A stretch of DNA of 64,000 nt from Octopus bimaculoides (lineage: Eukaryota): contig NC_068981.1 in NCBI RefSeq assembly GCF_001194135.2, forward strand, positions 34,619,648-34,683,647. Direction: 5' to 3'. A program made the position numbers and the translations under genes. Below the pieces are notes generated by a model that saw only the letters and a list, made by a program, of their open reading frames with translations, ran no database searches and was not told where the DNA came from. Of the stretch, positions 22,630-35,639 are shown piece by piece (position 1 is the stretch's first letter; each line of letters begins with the position of its first letter).

Positions 22630-23178
22630 AGTGACTTATTCACGAATATACCAGCACTAGCGCTGCTGAAGGTAATATTCTCTGGGAACGATTCAAGTAC
22701 CTTGTGAGTAAGTTCCAATAGTATTGTATATACAGGAATCTTATATGTATACCATTCTGCCTAAATAATGGAACTGCAGATACAATATCCCTGCATATCT
22801 CACATCTATCTTCATTCCTCCACTTCACTCTCTATTTCATATCTTATCTAGAATAATTATTGCTTAACCATTTTATCACACTGTCTCCGATGAAGGGATA
22901 TATGAAATATCCCGGAAACAGCTGTAAGACCTTCCCTTTATAAATGTTCTGAAATCTTTCACAGCCTTGGATTTTTATCTCATTCTGTTAATATTTTTAT
23001 ATATACACATGCTGATGTATGACCTTCATTGGACTCCTCATTCACATAACTATCGAATCTGGAGCTTAACTATAGTCTGTCCATAGCAATTATTCAGCAT
23101 TCCCTGACACCTTTGGGTCTTCTTGACACCATTGCATCTCATAACCTCAATAAATAAATAAATATAAATAAATAAATA
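22630..23178 (+). mobile_element. Probable Penelope-like terminal (pLTR) segment with (TAAA)n end
   Basis: Contains the hammerhead motif below and ends in a (TAAA)n run at the gap edge. No PLE protein motif was recognised, and the boundaries are inferred. Confidence 0.45.
22883..22930 (+). ncRNA. Minimal type I hammerhead ribozyme motif (U4C variant, palindromic stem III)
   Basis: GUCU [stem I] CCGAUGA a GGGAUAU-AUGAA-AUAUCCC g GAAA CAGCUG UA AGAC. Both core boxes are present, with a 7-bp stem II, palindromic ACAGCUGU stem III, GUA triplet and 4-bp stem I. Confidence 0.75.
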
Positions 23179-24114
23179 NNNNNNNNNNNNNNNNNNNNNN
23201 NNNNNNNNNNNNNNNNNNNNNNNNNNNNNNNNNNNNNNNNNNNNNNNNNNNNNNNNNNNNNNNNNNNNNNNNNNNNNNNNNNNNNNNNNNNNNNNNNNNN
23301 NNNNNNNNNNNNNNNNNNNNNNNNNNNNNNNNNNNNNNNNNNNNNNNNNNNNNNNNNNNNNNNNNNNNNNNNNNNNNNNNNNNNNNNNNNNNNNNNNNNN
23401 NNNNNNNNNNNNNNNNNNNNNNNNNNNNNNNNNNNNNNNNNNNNNNNNNNNNNNNNNNNNNNNNNNNNNNNNNNNNNNNNNNNNNNNNNNNNNNNNNNNN
23501 NNNNNNNNNNNNNNNNNNNNNNNNNNNNNNNNNNNNNNNNNNNNNNNNNNNNNNNNNNNNNNNNNNNNNNNNNNNNNNNNNNNNNNNNNNNNNNNNNNNN
23601 NNNNNNNNNNNNNNNNNNNNNNNNNNNNNNNNNNNNNNNNNNNNNNNNNNNNNNNNNNNNNNNNNNNNNNNNNNNNNNNNNNNNNNNNNNNNNNNNNNNN
23701 NNNNNNNNNNNNNNNNNNNNNNNNNNNNNNNNNNNNNNNNNNNNNNNNNNNNNNNNNNNNNNNNNNNNNNNNNNNNNNNNNNNNNNNNNNNNNNNNNNNN
23801 NNNNNNNNNNNNNNNNNNNNNNNNNNNNNNNNNNNNNNNNNNNNNNNNNNNNNNNNNNNNNNNNNNNNNNNNNNNNNNNNNNNNNNNNNNNNNNNNNNNN
23901 NNNNNNNNNNNNNNNNNNNNNNNNNNNNNNNNNNNNNNNNNNNNNNNNNNNNNNNNNNNNNNNNNNNNNNNNNNNNNNNNNNNNNNNNNNNNNNNNNTAA
24001 AAATAAGATAAAATCTTTATAAGAATTTATCAAGTAGTTAGTGTGAAAAACCTTATAGGGGAAAATTATTAATTATTCCCTTTAAATATATTAATTTATA
24101 TTAAGGGCATTACT

Positions 24115-24225
24115 ACGGTCGAGGGCTGTAGTATAAGACACTTGCCTAAAGTGCCGTGTAGTGGGACTGAACCCAAAATCAAGTGGTTGCAAAGCGACTT
24201 TCTTAATTAATTACACAGCCAGAAC
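24115..24225 (-). mobile_element. SINE family A, 5' half
   Basis: gagggctgtagtataagacacttgcctaaagtgccgtgtagtgggactgaaccc. Confidence 0.8.
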
Positions 24226-24384
24226 CTATTATAATAGAATCTGGTGACAAAGGATGGAGGTAATCTCTAACTAGGTTCAATCTCTCCATCTCCTATTCAC
24301 GAACATAACACACACGCACGCACACGCACGTATGCACACACACACACACACACATACACACACTCAGAGGAACCAGGTGCCTAT

Positions 24385-24620
24385 TTGTCAGTTACTGGAC
24401 TTGCTAGAAATAACTGCAAAACCTCCTCAAATCACATCATCCTACTGTATTTGAAAAAGAAAAAAAAAAAAAATGAAAAAAAGGAGTGATACATTGAAGA
24501 ATGTATTTCAAGCTGACAAAAAAAGATGGGATTGCCATGGTTGGAAAGCACCTGATCATAGACTCACTCTCTCAAGAGCCGATCTCGAGATAAACAAGTA
24601 CGACGACGACGATGACGACA
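24385..24620 (+). mobile_element. SINE-like family D
   Basis: gacttgctagaaataactgcaaaacctcctcaaatcac...ctgatcatagactc, with a (GAC)n tail. Confidence 0.7.
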
Positions 24621-24894
24621 TACCACAACCTCAGCCACTCCCATCGCTGGTTGTATGTATGGAGAGGCACATGACAAAGCTATGACATTTTTCGCGTTCC
24701 TTTCGCTGTTTTCATTCTAGATTCCTTTCTTGTTTTCTTTCTTTTCATTCTTTATATATTAGCATATTTTAACAAGTTTTTCTTTTTCTTTTTTTTCTTT
24801 ATTTTTAATGTCGATCGCTTTCTTTTTAATTTTCCACTGCCGTCTCTCTCCCACTCACCTTACTTTCTCATTCTTATTCTCAGCCACTCAGTCT

Positions 24895-24961
24895 CACTCT
24901 CTCTCTTGCTCTCTCTCTCTTGCTCTCTCTCTCTCTCTCACTCTTGCTCTCTCTCTTTCTT

Positions 24962-25051
<90 letters not shown>
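24895..25051. repeat. (CT)n microsatellite
   Basis: Read directly from the sequence. Confidence 0.97.
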
Positions 25052-25053
<2 letters not shown>

Positions 25054-25199
25054 AGTCAGTTTCATTTGCATTCAAGTTATAAATCCCATTTTCGCTCTCA
25101 CTCAACTAGAATAACTCCTGCAGCAACAACAACAACTACAATAACAACATCAACAACAGCAACGTGTTTTACACATAAAAACATTCATGCCGAGACTTT

Positions 25200-26900
25200 C
25201 GATCGAAAATGCAGGACGTTGCGAAGAGCCCAACTATAGCCGAAGCAGTGGACGTGTTGAGCTACTGCCTGAGAGGCAAATCACTGTGATTAGGTCCTCT
25301 GTTGTACTTGTTCATCCATATCTTAACAGCTTGCTGCAGGCCTGAAGCATTCGATGTATGAGCCGGAGAGTAGTGGTGCTGCCAGGGAAGGACCAAAACA
25401 AGAAATCCATGGTCGATAACTTGGGGCTTATAAAATTGCTAGACACAGAGATTAACGAAGAGGATCAATAAGGGGTTGACTCTTGCCACTAGTGGTATAG
25501 TCGGAGACAAAGAAACTTATGCAATCTCCAGCAGATCTGTCCACGGCAACCCCGACATTATGCGATGAAGCATCGAAATATCTGTGTTCAGTAGAAGCTG
25601 ATCAATTGGAGCTCACCTATTTCTAATTAACTGCTGTCTTGAGAATGGACGGGTTCTATATCCTCTTTAGGGACTAGATCGTTGTATTGTACGACCAGAA
25701 TCTAATCGGTGGTTAGACAAAAAGGCCCGCTTCTCAGAACCGTTTCGTATCCCGAACTCAGTCCGCCAGGGTGCCCTTTTTTTCTCTCTCTCTCTCTCTC
25801 CTGTATCTTACAGCACTGGAGCAATTGCTATTGTGGCTGTGGACTTTGAAGAGCATCTCGCTTGAATTGGAATGCAGAAAAGCAGTATCCGCATACGCGG
25901 ATGACGCCAATTCTATAGTGTCAGAGACTTGAGAAACCCATGTCATTGGCACCATACTGAAAAGTTAACAGGAAGTTACAGGAGCTTGCATCAATAAATC
26001 TCGCTCAAAAAATGGGCTGGGAGGAAGACTTCCTAGAAAATCGAACAGAAGTTGTTAACGTCTTCATCGCTACGATTATGTACCACCGCTTCTCTGTTGT
26101 ATCTTTTCTCGGAAAACACCTAACCGGATTGGAAACATTCGATTCTTGTCGAAGGGATAGGTTCCGGTTCTTCTAGCAGGATACCCCTGTCCTACAAATA
26201 AAATGCCTCCACGGGGTTCTTGGGACGATGTCACCGATGATGCAGATGCATGCAGTGAGTCTGACGTATCTGGATGATGACTGTGAGTAGGTATGGTCGT
26301 TTTTCTGTAGACCGCTCTTTTAACAAGTCGCAGTCCTTGGTCAGTTATAGATTGAAGTTGGACATTTGGCGAGTAGTGCTCACTACACTATACCAGATAA
26401 ACATTGCAATGGAGAAAAACAAATTCACTCTATTCAGGATGCGTAGAGGGTACAAGCGACAATAGTTTGAGAACGATTCTGGGTGCCGAGGAGGATTGTA
26501 TGATCGATTTCTTTTAGAAGGTATTCAGGTCGTGGATTAAGAATACTTTCTCAAATACTTTCCCTGACAATACTACAGAGAAGGTTTTTCAGTAAGGTAT
26601 AAGCACAGAATGCTAACAGCCAAACATGTCCGAGATACGCACAGGGCGACGAAACCGTCCTTGCAGGCAAAATCCTGTACATTGTGCCAAACAGCTGCTA
26701 TCAAGTGGAAGACGGAACAAGTCAATAGCCGAGTTTGTCGCAAATATCTGACGCTATTTTTTGATGGTGGTAGGAGTTAAGGAAGGACGGCTACTCCTTC
26801 TTTCATCCTAGCTTCGTGGTTACGACGAAGGAAGTTGTGTGGTGAACGTATGTAATTATAATTAGGCAGAAAGGAACTGGAAAAGGCATTTTTTGTCACC
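25200..26900 (+). mobile_element. L1/Tx1-clade LINE ORF2 remnant (RT plus C-terminal Cys region), degraded
   Basis: FSEPFRIPNSVRQGA at about 25730-25775, LYLTALEQLL, SAYADDAN at 25888, CPRYAQGDETVL at about 26627. Many stops and frameshifts. Confidence 0.85.
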
Positions 26901-27086
26901 GATGCGTCACAGTAATCCGGTACTTTGTAGAAATCTTTTACTTGAATTACGTAAGTGGATTTTGCCCTATTCCAGATGCTTTCTCTTGCCAATTTAGTAT
27001 CATTTATGGCTTTTGTTGGTTAACCTCCAACTAATTATATATTTCATCCTGGTACTCTTTCCAATATCTTGGATCCTTGTGGCCGA

Positions 27087-27160
<74 letters not shown>

Positions 27161-27253
27161 TTTGAGACTTGAGGCTTTAGGACAGCAGAAAGGCTTTTTG
27201 AGGTTGCTCAATAGAACCTGCTGCTAATGTCGTTATTGCTGCTACTGATGACG

Positions 27254-27350
<97 letters not shown>
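27087..27350. repeat. (AGT)n followed by compound (GTT)n-(GAT)n microsatellites
   Basis: Read directly from the sequence: 27087-27160 and 27255-27350. Confidence 0.95.
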
Positions 27351-28030
27351 AGTTCTAACTGAAGATGCAGAATTTTGCGGAATGATTTCAACTTAGACTG
27401 ACTTGAAATTTTAAAATTTTGGTGAGAAATTTGCTATCATGGCGACTATACCTTGGGCAATGATTGATAAAGCAATTTGAATTCCATTCGGAATATGCTT
27501 GCACTTCGAAAATGCTGCTCCATGGGAACTTCAAAAGTACCAGTCATGCACTGGGGTCGATTGAATCAGCCATAAACCTCATTCTGTTCTCAAGGCATAA
27601 CTGAAGCCTATAAATTTTCGCAAAGATTAAAGCTATCAATTTTTTTATGATGAAGCCGATTAACGTAAAATCGTTAGAGCTCTGAGTAAAATGTAATATA
27701 TAGGTGAGGATTACAGTGTTGGTAGTTCAATGTAGAAATGAGGCGGCGCCGACGGCTAAATCCAAAAGAGAGCCGGACCAAATATCTCTTAGTAATAAGT
27801 TTATCACATTACGCTCTGAATTCAAGTCGTGCCGATGTTCACACCATCGTTCTAGAGTCGGCGAAGTCAAAATATCAGTCAACAACAGGAGTCTATGAAG
27901 TAGGTGAGAAACAAGAACCAGAAGGTAGGTGTCGATCAAATAAATAGACTGTGCAACTCTTTCGCCAGATTTATGGCTTTATGGCTTATGTTTCACATCG
28001 TCATTATCAATTATTATTATTATTATTATT

Positions 28031-28632
28031 GAGTGAGAGAACAGTACATGCCATCAAAGTGACACTAGGGTACAAATATACGAAACCCAATATGCCTGTC
28101 ATGACTACACGTCTGATGAAGGTATACTAGGCACATGCATCACAACCTTATGTGTGCGACTTCGTGATCTTATATCAAGATAAACAGCGCATGACCTCGC
28201 AGGTGGGGCCCAGTTAGAATTTTCTTCAGGTCGAGTAGCCCACCCCTCTCAAAAGCTCCCTGAATAATGTTTGTTNNNNNNNNNNCCACCCCTCTCAAAA
28301 GCTCCCTGAATAATGTTTGTTTAAGAATGATGAACAAAACGCCAATGTTTCCAGAGGTAAATTATTCAAACCCCAAAGAATTCCTCTCAACACATGGTAA
28401 TGACGCTCCCCCACTACTTCTGCTCATGATCAGAGATGCACATATTGTCAGCCACTAAGGGACATGCTCAACTGGTTAAAGTCAAACAACTGACAAGCAA
28501 ATCTGTGGTATTAAGCAGAATATTTGTTGTAGTCCATCTTTTATACCAAGACAAAACAATGTACATGATAACACTTCCAATTAATTCAGATCAGAAGCCA
28601 TGAGAGCCACTGCCTGGTACTGCGTCAGGGCA
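28031..28632 (-). mobile_element. ~600-bp non-coding TAA-tailed retroposon (family E), copy 1
   Basis: Aligns end to end with 60201-60728. Both copies begin on the + strand right after (ATT)n at gagtgaga. The orientation is inferred from the tail. Confidence 0.85.
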
Positions 28633-29490
28633 ATATTATCATTTTATGTTTGACTTTTGTTTTGCATTTGTACAAGTTGGATCCAAGTCTCACCCAGAGA
28701 CCTCAAGAGACAACAAGTTAGAAGTTCATGTAGGTGTTATTCCTAGGGTACCATATATTTGGATTTGTACAGTTTTGTTCAAGTGAATGTTTAAGAAACC
28801 ATAAAAAAATTATGTGTTTGCTTTCAAATTTGAGATCACATAGACAGTATTTTACGTAGGATATTGGCAGTTCCCATGAGCACTATCTTTTGAACTTCAG
28901 CCATTTTGGGATTTCCTGGTATCTGAGCTAGGTAGTANNNNNNNNNNNNNNNNNNNNNNNNNNNNNNNNNNNNNNNNNNNNNNNNNNNNNNNNNNNNNNN
29001 NNNNNNNNNNNNNNNNNNNNNNNNNNNNNNNNNNNNNNNNNNNNNNNNNNNNNNNNNNNNNNNNNNNNNNNNNNNNNNNNNNNNNNNNNNNNNNNNNNNN
29101 NNNNNNNNNNNNNNNNNNNNNNNNNNNNNNNNNNNNNNNNNNNNNNNNNNNNNNNNNNNNNNNNNNNNNNNNNNNNNNNNNNNNNNNNNNNNNNNNNNNN
29201 NNNNNNNNNNNNNNNNNNNNNNNNNNNNNNNNNNNNNNNNNNNNNGGCCTGGTAGTTCTTTGTAGGTAGGCATTGATCTTGGGCTGCTATGATAAACCCC
29301 TCTGTTTCTGATTTCAAGCCAGAGGCCATTAACCATTGGTGGGTAAGGGCTTTGTTAATATCTGCATTATTTGCTCTCTTTGGGTATTTGCCATTGAGAA
29401 GTTTTCCATGCCATTTTTCAGTCATAATATCTAAGGCAGCAATTTTAGCACGGGTTTTCAGGCGCTTAGCTTTTTCTGCAGGTGTTTCTG
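28633..29490 (-). mobile_element. R4/Dong-type non-LTR retrotransposon, 5'-truncated, inserted in (TAA)n
   Basis: KWHGKLLNGKYPKR...LMASGLKSETEGFIIAAQDQCLPTKNY and QIPGNPKMAEVQKIVLMGTANILRKILSM* form an REL-type C-terminus. A ~200-bp 3' UTR ends aaaatgataat. The 5' junction abuts (ATT)n at 29491-29560. Confidence 0.88.
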
Positions 29491-29517
29491 TTATTATTAT
29501 TATTATTATTATTATTA

Positions 29518-29560
<43 letters not shown>

Positions 29561-29665
29561 CTTTTCGGGGTCGATGAGATAATACCAATGAAACACTGGG
29601 TCGATGTAGTCGACTCGTCCTCTCCCCCAAAACTGCTGCCATTGTGAAAAATTTGAAACCATTTT
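29561..29665 (+). mobile_element. SINE family B, 3' part
   Basis: cttttcggggtcgat...actggggtcgatgtagtcgac...aatttgaaaccatt. Confidence 0.8.
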
Positions 29666-30587
29666 TATTATTATTAATATTTTCCCCTGCCCCAACCCAA
29701 ATGTACACCCTTATGTCCGTTTCAAATATATAAACGAGCAAACCCACACATGCTCACGCTCGCACGCACACACACACATGTCTGAAACAAGCAAGTATTG
29801 AGGGCGATCTTATCAAACTCTAACACCCCTACCCAGCGTTCGTCTTCATTCTTATATTAGTAATCATTATATATATATTGTTATTCTCTTGCTGAGTGGA
29901 GTTCATGACCCAATTTCCACTGAAAGCATTTTACACCACTTACGTCACTATTTCTATTTTAAAAACAATAGGTAGGTACTAACGTCACACACAAACTCAT
30001 ATGTTATGCCCATATATGCATATATGTATACAAACACACACGCACACACACACACACACATACATTCTTATTAGATTATAAATTAATTATGTTGGTCAGG
30101 TAAGAGGAGCCGATAAGGGATAGGGGAAACGTCAACAATATGAAAACAAAAGCATTCAAAATGAGGGCAGTCACTGAGAAGTAATTATGATTTTTATTAA
30201 AGATTGATTAAGAAATTTGGGGAGATAATGCTGAGTGGCTAAAATGTAAAGTTTGCGTATCCGAGTGTTAAAAGTTGATATCGATTGCAAGCGGGTCAAC
30301 ATATACAGTTTTTCATGCCGCTTGTTTTACGTATCTCATGTTATGTTTGATTAAATAACAGAGATTCTTTTAGCTACAAGAAAGAACGGTGTCAGTTGTT
30401 TTTTATTGTAGTTATTTGACCATATCAGCCCTAAGTAAGCAACACTGAGTAATTCAAAGGTCTTCCAACAACGACCATCTCTCGCAAGTTCAAGGGCTTT
30501 TTTCTTTATTTTGTTTAGAAAGTTACTTTTTATTGTTAATTAACATCACCGGGTAGCGGTTTCGCTTTCATACGCTGATTTATATGA

Positions 30588-30710
<123 letters not shown>

Positions 30711-30820
30711 TTCTGTCTCATGAAANNNNNNNNNNTCTGTCTCATGAAAGCCCTTCAAGGTTTTAGGGAGTAAGCCCTAACAGTATGCTAAACATTCCGA
30801 CACCGTCAGAGTCCTTTGTA

Positions 30821-32005
30821 TTAGGTTGTTCCGAAGATAATGGCTGATTTCAGAAACATGATTTTATTCTGGAAAAATTAACAATAGAATTGTTTTGATT
30901 TGTCAAAGTATGAGCCGTGAACATCTATGCATCTCTGCCATCGATCAACGAGATTATTTATGCCTTGTTGATAAAAACTTATTGGCTTTGATGCTAAGAA
31001 ATCTTTGAAAGCTGACTCCACCTCTGGTTTGAACCTGAAAGTTTTATCACTTAAAAACGTGTTTAAATACTTTTAAAACATGGTAGTCAGTGGGTGAAAG
31101 ATCAGGAGAATATGGCGGATGTGGTAAAGTCTCGTATCCCAAGTCTGCAGCGTCATTCTTGCAACATGTGGCTTTGCATTATCGTGGAGCAGAGTTGGCT
31201 ACGCCGATTCACCAATGCAGGTCTCATTTTTTGCAAGTGAGCATGCATTTCAGCGAACTGATTGCAGTAAACCCCTGCTGTAATGGACAACACCAATTGC
31301 AGACCACCAGACAGACACCATAATCTTTTACTGACGCAACTTTGGCTTTGAGAAATGTTTGGGGGACTCATCGATCTTATTGTCTACGGTTATCATAAAG
31401 GATCTACTTTTCGTCAAGAAGAGGATCATTGATGTTTCGCAAGAAAGAGCATCGAAACACTTCAAAACGCCGAACTTTTTGATTTTCATCGAGCTTTTTC
31501 ACCTTACCAACCTTCTGCAGATTGCGTGAGACTGTTGCAATACCAAGTGCCTGAGACATTTCTCTGGCACTTTGGCGTGGGTTTTCTTCAACAATTGCTT
31601 TCAATTGTTCATCGTCAAGACTGCATGACCGTTCTCTACCTTCCTCATCTTAAAGGCTCTCATCACCACTACAGAATTTCTGAAACCACCTTCGTACTGT
31701 ACGATCACTTGTGGACCCTTCTTCCCGTGCTCTATTGATATTGGCAGCTTTTTGGGAGGCATTGCGTCCAGGCTTGAACTCATGCAAGAAAAGTAAGCGA
31801 AGGTCCTTTTTTTGTCATGCCCCTAATTACGTGCGGCTATGCTTCAAGAATGTTTTCTGTCTAAAATAAGTTGAGAATCATTAAAGAGCATACATCAATT
31901 ATTAAGTATGTCAAAATTCACCTAAAATATAAATTAAAATACTATGGTAAAATTGCGTTTCAAAACACAACACTTAGAGCGGCCATTGTTTTCGGAACAA
32001 CCTAA
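30821..32005 (-). mobile_element. Mariner element with both TIRs (1185 bp); transposase disrupted
   Basis: 26-bp TIRs (23/26 match; ttaggttgttccgaa...) with TA on both sides. The minus strand reads KAIVEENPRQSAREMSQ, VGKVKKLD, LRNINDPLLD and LGYETLPHPPYSPDLSPTDYHV, with frameshifts and deletions. Confidence 0.93.
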
Positions 32006-32098
32006 TATTTTTTTTACGAGGAGAATTTCGTCATGTTAAAAATAGCAGCCTAAACCTGCATCCAATCACACACTGCTGTGTTTAAAAAGAATTGGAAT

Positions 32099-32131
<33 letters not shown>

Positions 32132-32489
32132 ATAGAGGGAGTGGTTACAGCTGGAAGGACTTTGATTATAGACTTGTAGAGTCAGGTCTGGCCTTGGCCG
32201 AAGAACAGCGGCAACAGACGACAACGCCCTTTCCTGTAACTAAATAAATCTCTTCTTTTTAATCAAACAAGGCATCTTGCATATCACTTCCTACCATCAT
32301 CAAGACAACCACCACCACCACCACCACCACCACCACCACAAAGTTGTATGTAGATTTTCTCGCCCCACCCTCTACTGTATATTAACCATCAGCTGCAAGC
32401 TTCTCGAATGACACTGTTACATAAATAGTTTGCTATGTATTTTCACCTGACTCACTAATCTCACCATTTGCTCTAACAAATTAGCCAAC

Positions 32490-32720
32490 AAGGGAGTGTC
32501 TAGGTAGTAACTTTACCTGGTAGAAATAGCAACCAAATTTTCCTTAAATTATACCCAAACTTCTTGACACAAATGATATTTAGAAGTTTACTCTGAATGT
32601 AGCATTAAACGTACCGTAGCCGAAAGTAAAGTGTGGATTTGTCGTATCAGAACGCCTTTGATCATACGTCTACTCACTTAGGGCTGGCCTGGGGCCAATA
32701 ACAACACAACAAAAGAAAAC
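32490..32720 (+). mobile_element. SINE-like family D
   Basis: agaaatagcaaccaaattttcc...gaacgcctttgatcatacgtctac...ctggcctggggccaataacaacacaac. Confidence 0.7.
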
Positions 32721-33544
32721 TGAATCATTTCTGTATATCATCATATTTAAAAAGAAACTGCGTTAGTATAACTCTTGGTTAACCGCACGCTTTACTGAAT
32801 TCTTTTTACGAATCTAAAATAATTTTGAAGAACATGTAGGATATGTGCTTAATAGGTTGTTGCGTAATCGTAAACAACATGTAGGCCGCATACTTTAAGG
32901 AGTGGTACGTACTTTTAGAGAGCATGTAGTCGTATGCTTTAGATAATTTTTCTTCGTACACCGATTGCCAAATCTACGGCACCAAATTGTTTCCTTTGTA
33001 TTTGTATTTTGATTTATTTGACAAGGCAGCACTCAATTTCTTTAGGGCCTCCGAGGCTAGTATGGGCAATAGAAAAAGATCTTGATATCTCCAACCCGAA
33101 GGCGTGATCTAAACGTTTGCAAAAAAAAAAAAAAACAGGACTCCGCTAAATGCATCCGCAAGGACCAAAAGTTAAACCGGGAGAATTACTACATATATAT
33201 ATATATAGCCTGTCTAAAAGTATATGTATGGTTGTAATTGCGCTGAAGCTGAGTGAGATTCAGCTCACACGAAAATCATGATTCTCATGCTTATAATCTG
33301 CATGTTGTGTCAGGAATAAAACACAGAAATTACTTTGAAATATGGCTAAAAAGATATCCTTTATCTTTTACTTGTTTCAGTCATTAGACTGCAGCCATGC
33401 TGGGACACCACCTTGAATGGAAAAATAGGTAATGGGATTGCAAGAGCGTCACTGTTTCTCTGGTTCACCAGGTACTTCGTGGCAATCTCCTGTTCCTGTA
33501 TGTATGTATGTATGTATGAATGAATATATGTATGTATATATGCG

Positions 33545-33810
33545 TGCAGACATGGATGTCTGGTTAAAAAGCTCGCTTTACAACCACGTACTTTTTAGAT
33601 CAGTCCTGCTGTGCGACTGCGACACCTTGAGTAAGTGTCTTCTATTGAGTGAATTTGGCAGACAGCAACAGTGTGGAAGTTTGTCGCGCGCGCATGCGTG
33701 TGTGTGTTTCTCAACCTTCCCCCGTCGCTTGAAAACCGGTGGTGGTTTGTTTATTACCCCAATAACTTAGTGGTTCGGTAAAGCGACCGATAAAGTAAGT
33801 ACCAGACTTT
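33545..33810 (+). mobile_element. SINE family A, old degenerate copy
   Basis: Head remnant, ccttgagtaagtgtcttcta, then cgcttgaaaaccggtggtgg...ggttcggtaaagcgaccgataaagtaagtaccag. A minus-strand 3' tip of the same family lies at 33360-33420. Confidence 0.7.
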
Positions 33811-34139
33811 ACAGGGATCGATTTGTATGCTCACACTAATAATGAAATATTTGCTAACAAGAGCCGTTGATCAAAATATTTGGTTCGACTAACAAACCTC
33901 TGTCTTTGAATGGTTTATTCAACTAAATCAGATCACGCCTATTAATGAAGAAAACAACAACAACAACGTCATCATTAACAACATTAACACCAATAAAAAT
34001 AATTAATAAATACAACACCAACAAAAAGGAACAACCACGATAAAAATAAAAACGGTAAAAAAAAGACTGCTAAATACTCTGCAATCTGCAAATTAATGCC
34101 CAGCTAAGTGGGAACGCACACGATCCGTCTATACACATG

Positions 34140-34267
34140 TGCATCAAATATAAACACACATATATACACACACAAACGTACACACATACATACATATGTA
34201 TATTTGATTATACATATATATACATATAGACACATGCATACATACATATATATATGTATATATGTAC

Positions 34268-34333
<66 letters not shown>

Positions 34334-34380
34334 ATACACACACATATATATATACATATATACATGTCTATACACACACA
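34140..34380. repeat. (AT)n/(AC)n compound microsatellite
   Basis: Read directly from the sequence. Confidence 0.95.
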
Positions 34381-35639
34381 GAGCACACAAAGATTCCAAT
34401 GCTTGCAGAAACAAACACAGATATGCACATGCGCCCGCATATACGACACGTACACACATACGAAAACGAATATTCACACACAGACACAGAGGTATACACA
34501 TTTCTATACGGACTGATCAATAAAGCTAGTAGATTGATAGCAGCTTCATTAGTGGCCAACATCAGACGCCTCGAATTTCAATCAAACAGCAATATTGACC
34601 ATTAGACCTCTCTCTCCTCCTGTTACCAGCGAGCGAATGGTTGTGATTTTTGAGGTCAATTAGTTAATAGAGCCTGCAGAAAGTCAGCTGAGAATTAACT
34701 AACCTGTGATAAATACACAGCAATAACGTCAATAAATCGTATTTCACTTTGTACTAATGTTAATTACTATTCTTACCAATACAGAGTGGCCAAAACTCAT
34801 AAATGTTCATTCCGTACTAATGCAAATGTGTAATTGAGGAAGTGACTGAAGTTGGGATTGGGAAGGAAGAAGCCAGGTATCAACAGATTGAAACACATAT
34901 GTATAAAGTCGCAGACACATGACTGACGGGACCATACGTGGATATGTTTTGTACACATATAAAATGATGTTAATTATTTATGTCGTTTCTGTTATTCTCA
35001 AGCAATGTTAACACGGTACGATTGAAATTAGAATTACATATAGAATTATAAATTAGTCTTGATTTATGTGGATTACATACGTACCCATATATGAGTATAA
35101 ATATGCATAGTGTGTGTATATGTATATGTATCATAGCTTAGATAATCTCGACCACTTAAGATCTGGATCAGGTTATGCCTAACTAAACAGCACTTCCTGA
35201 AGAAGCGTTTTAAGTTTTTCGACACCAAAGTCCACTTTAGTAAGGAGTTGTTTTACAGACACACGCGCGCGCACAACAGTAGTAGAGTTTTCACGAACCA
35301 TTCTCTTGCATATAAAAGTTTTAATATATTGGCAAGTCTATGACGTCATGATTGAGTATGCAACCATTATCTTTCATTTGCTCGACATAGCTGAGCAGTC
35401 AAGCAGACACTCACACATGCACTCACTCATGACTGACCTCATGTACTAATATCGAAATATTGCCAATATATTTTTTTAAGCCAAAGCAATGCAAGATACA
35501 TAAAAATGATTGGTTGTTTTACCTGCTATTTCAATATTTCAGGGTTTTAAGACCCCTTTCTCGGAAATCGTTTAGTGAAAGAGTATGAGTAGCCATTTTC
35601 TATTTAGGACTTTCTGAACTGTACGGTGTTGGTATTTTT

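Noticed and set aside
28246-28310. Direct repeat around a 10-N gap (also tctgtctcatgaaa around 30726-30735)
   Set aside because: Identical sequence on both sides of a small gap indicates unmerged contig overlap, an assembly artefact.
28560-28632. HDV-like ribozyme at the inferred 5' end of family E
   Set aside because: Partial P2/P3-like pairings can be drawn, but I found no P1 helix or J4/2 catalytic context; unresolved without covariance analysis.
35300-35460. TATA-like tataaaag plus palindromic atgacgtcat as a promoter
   Set aside because: The CRE lies downstream of the TATA-like motif, there is no other support, and such motifs are expected by chance in AT-rich DNA.
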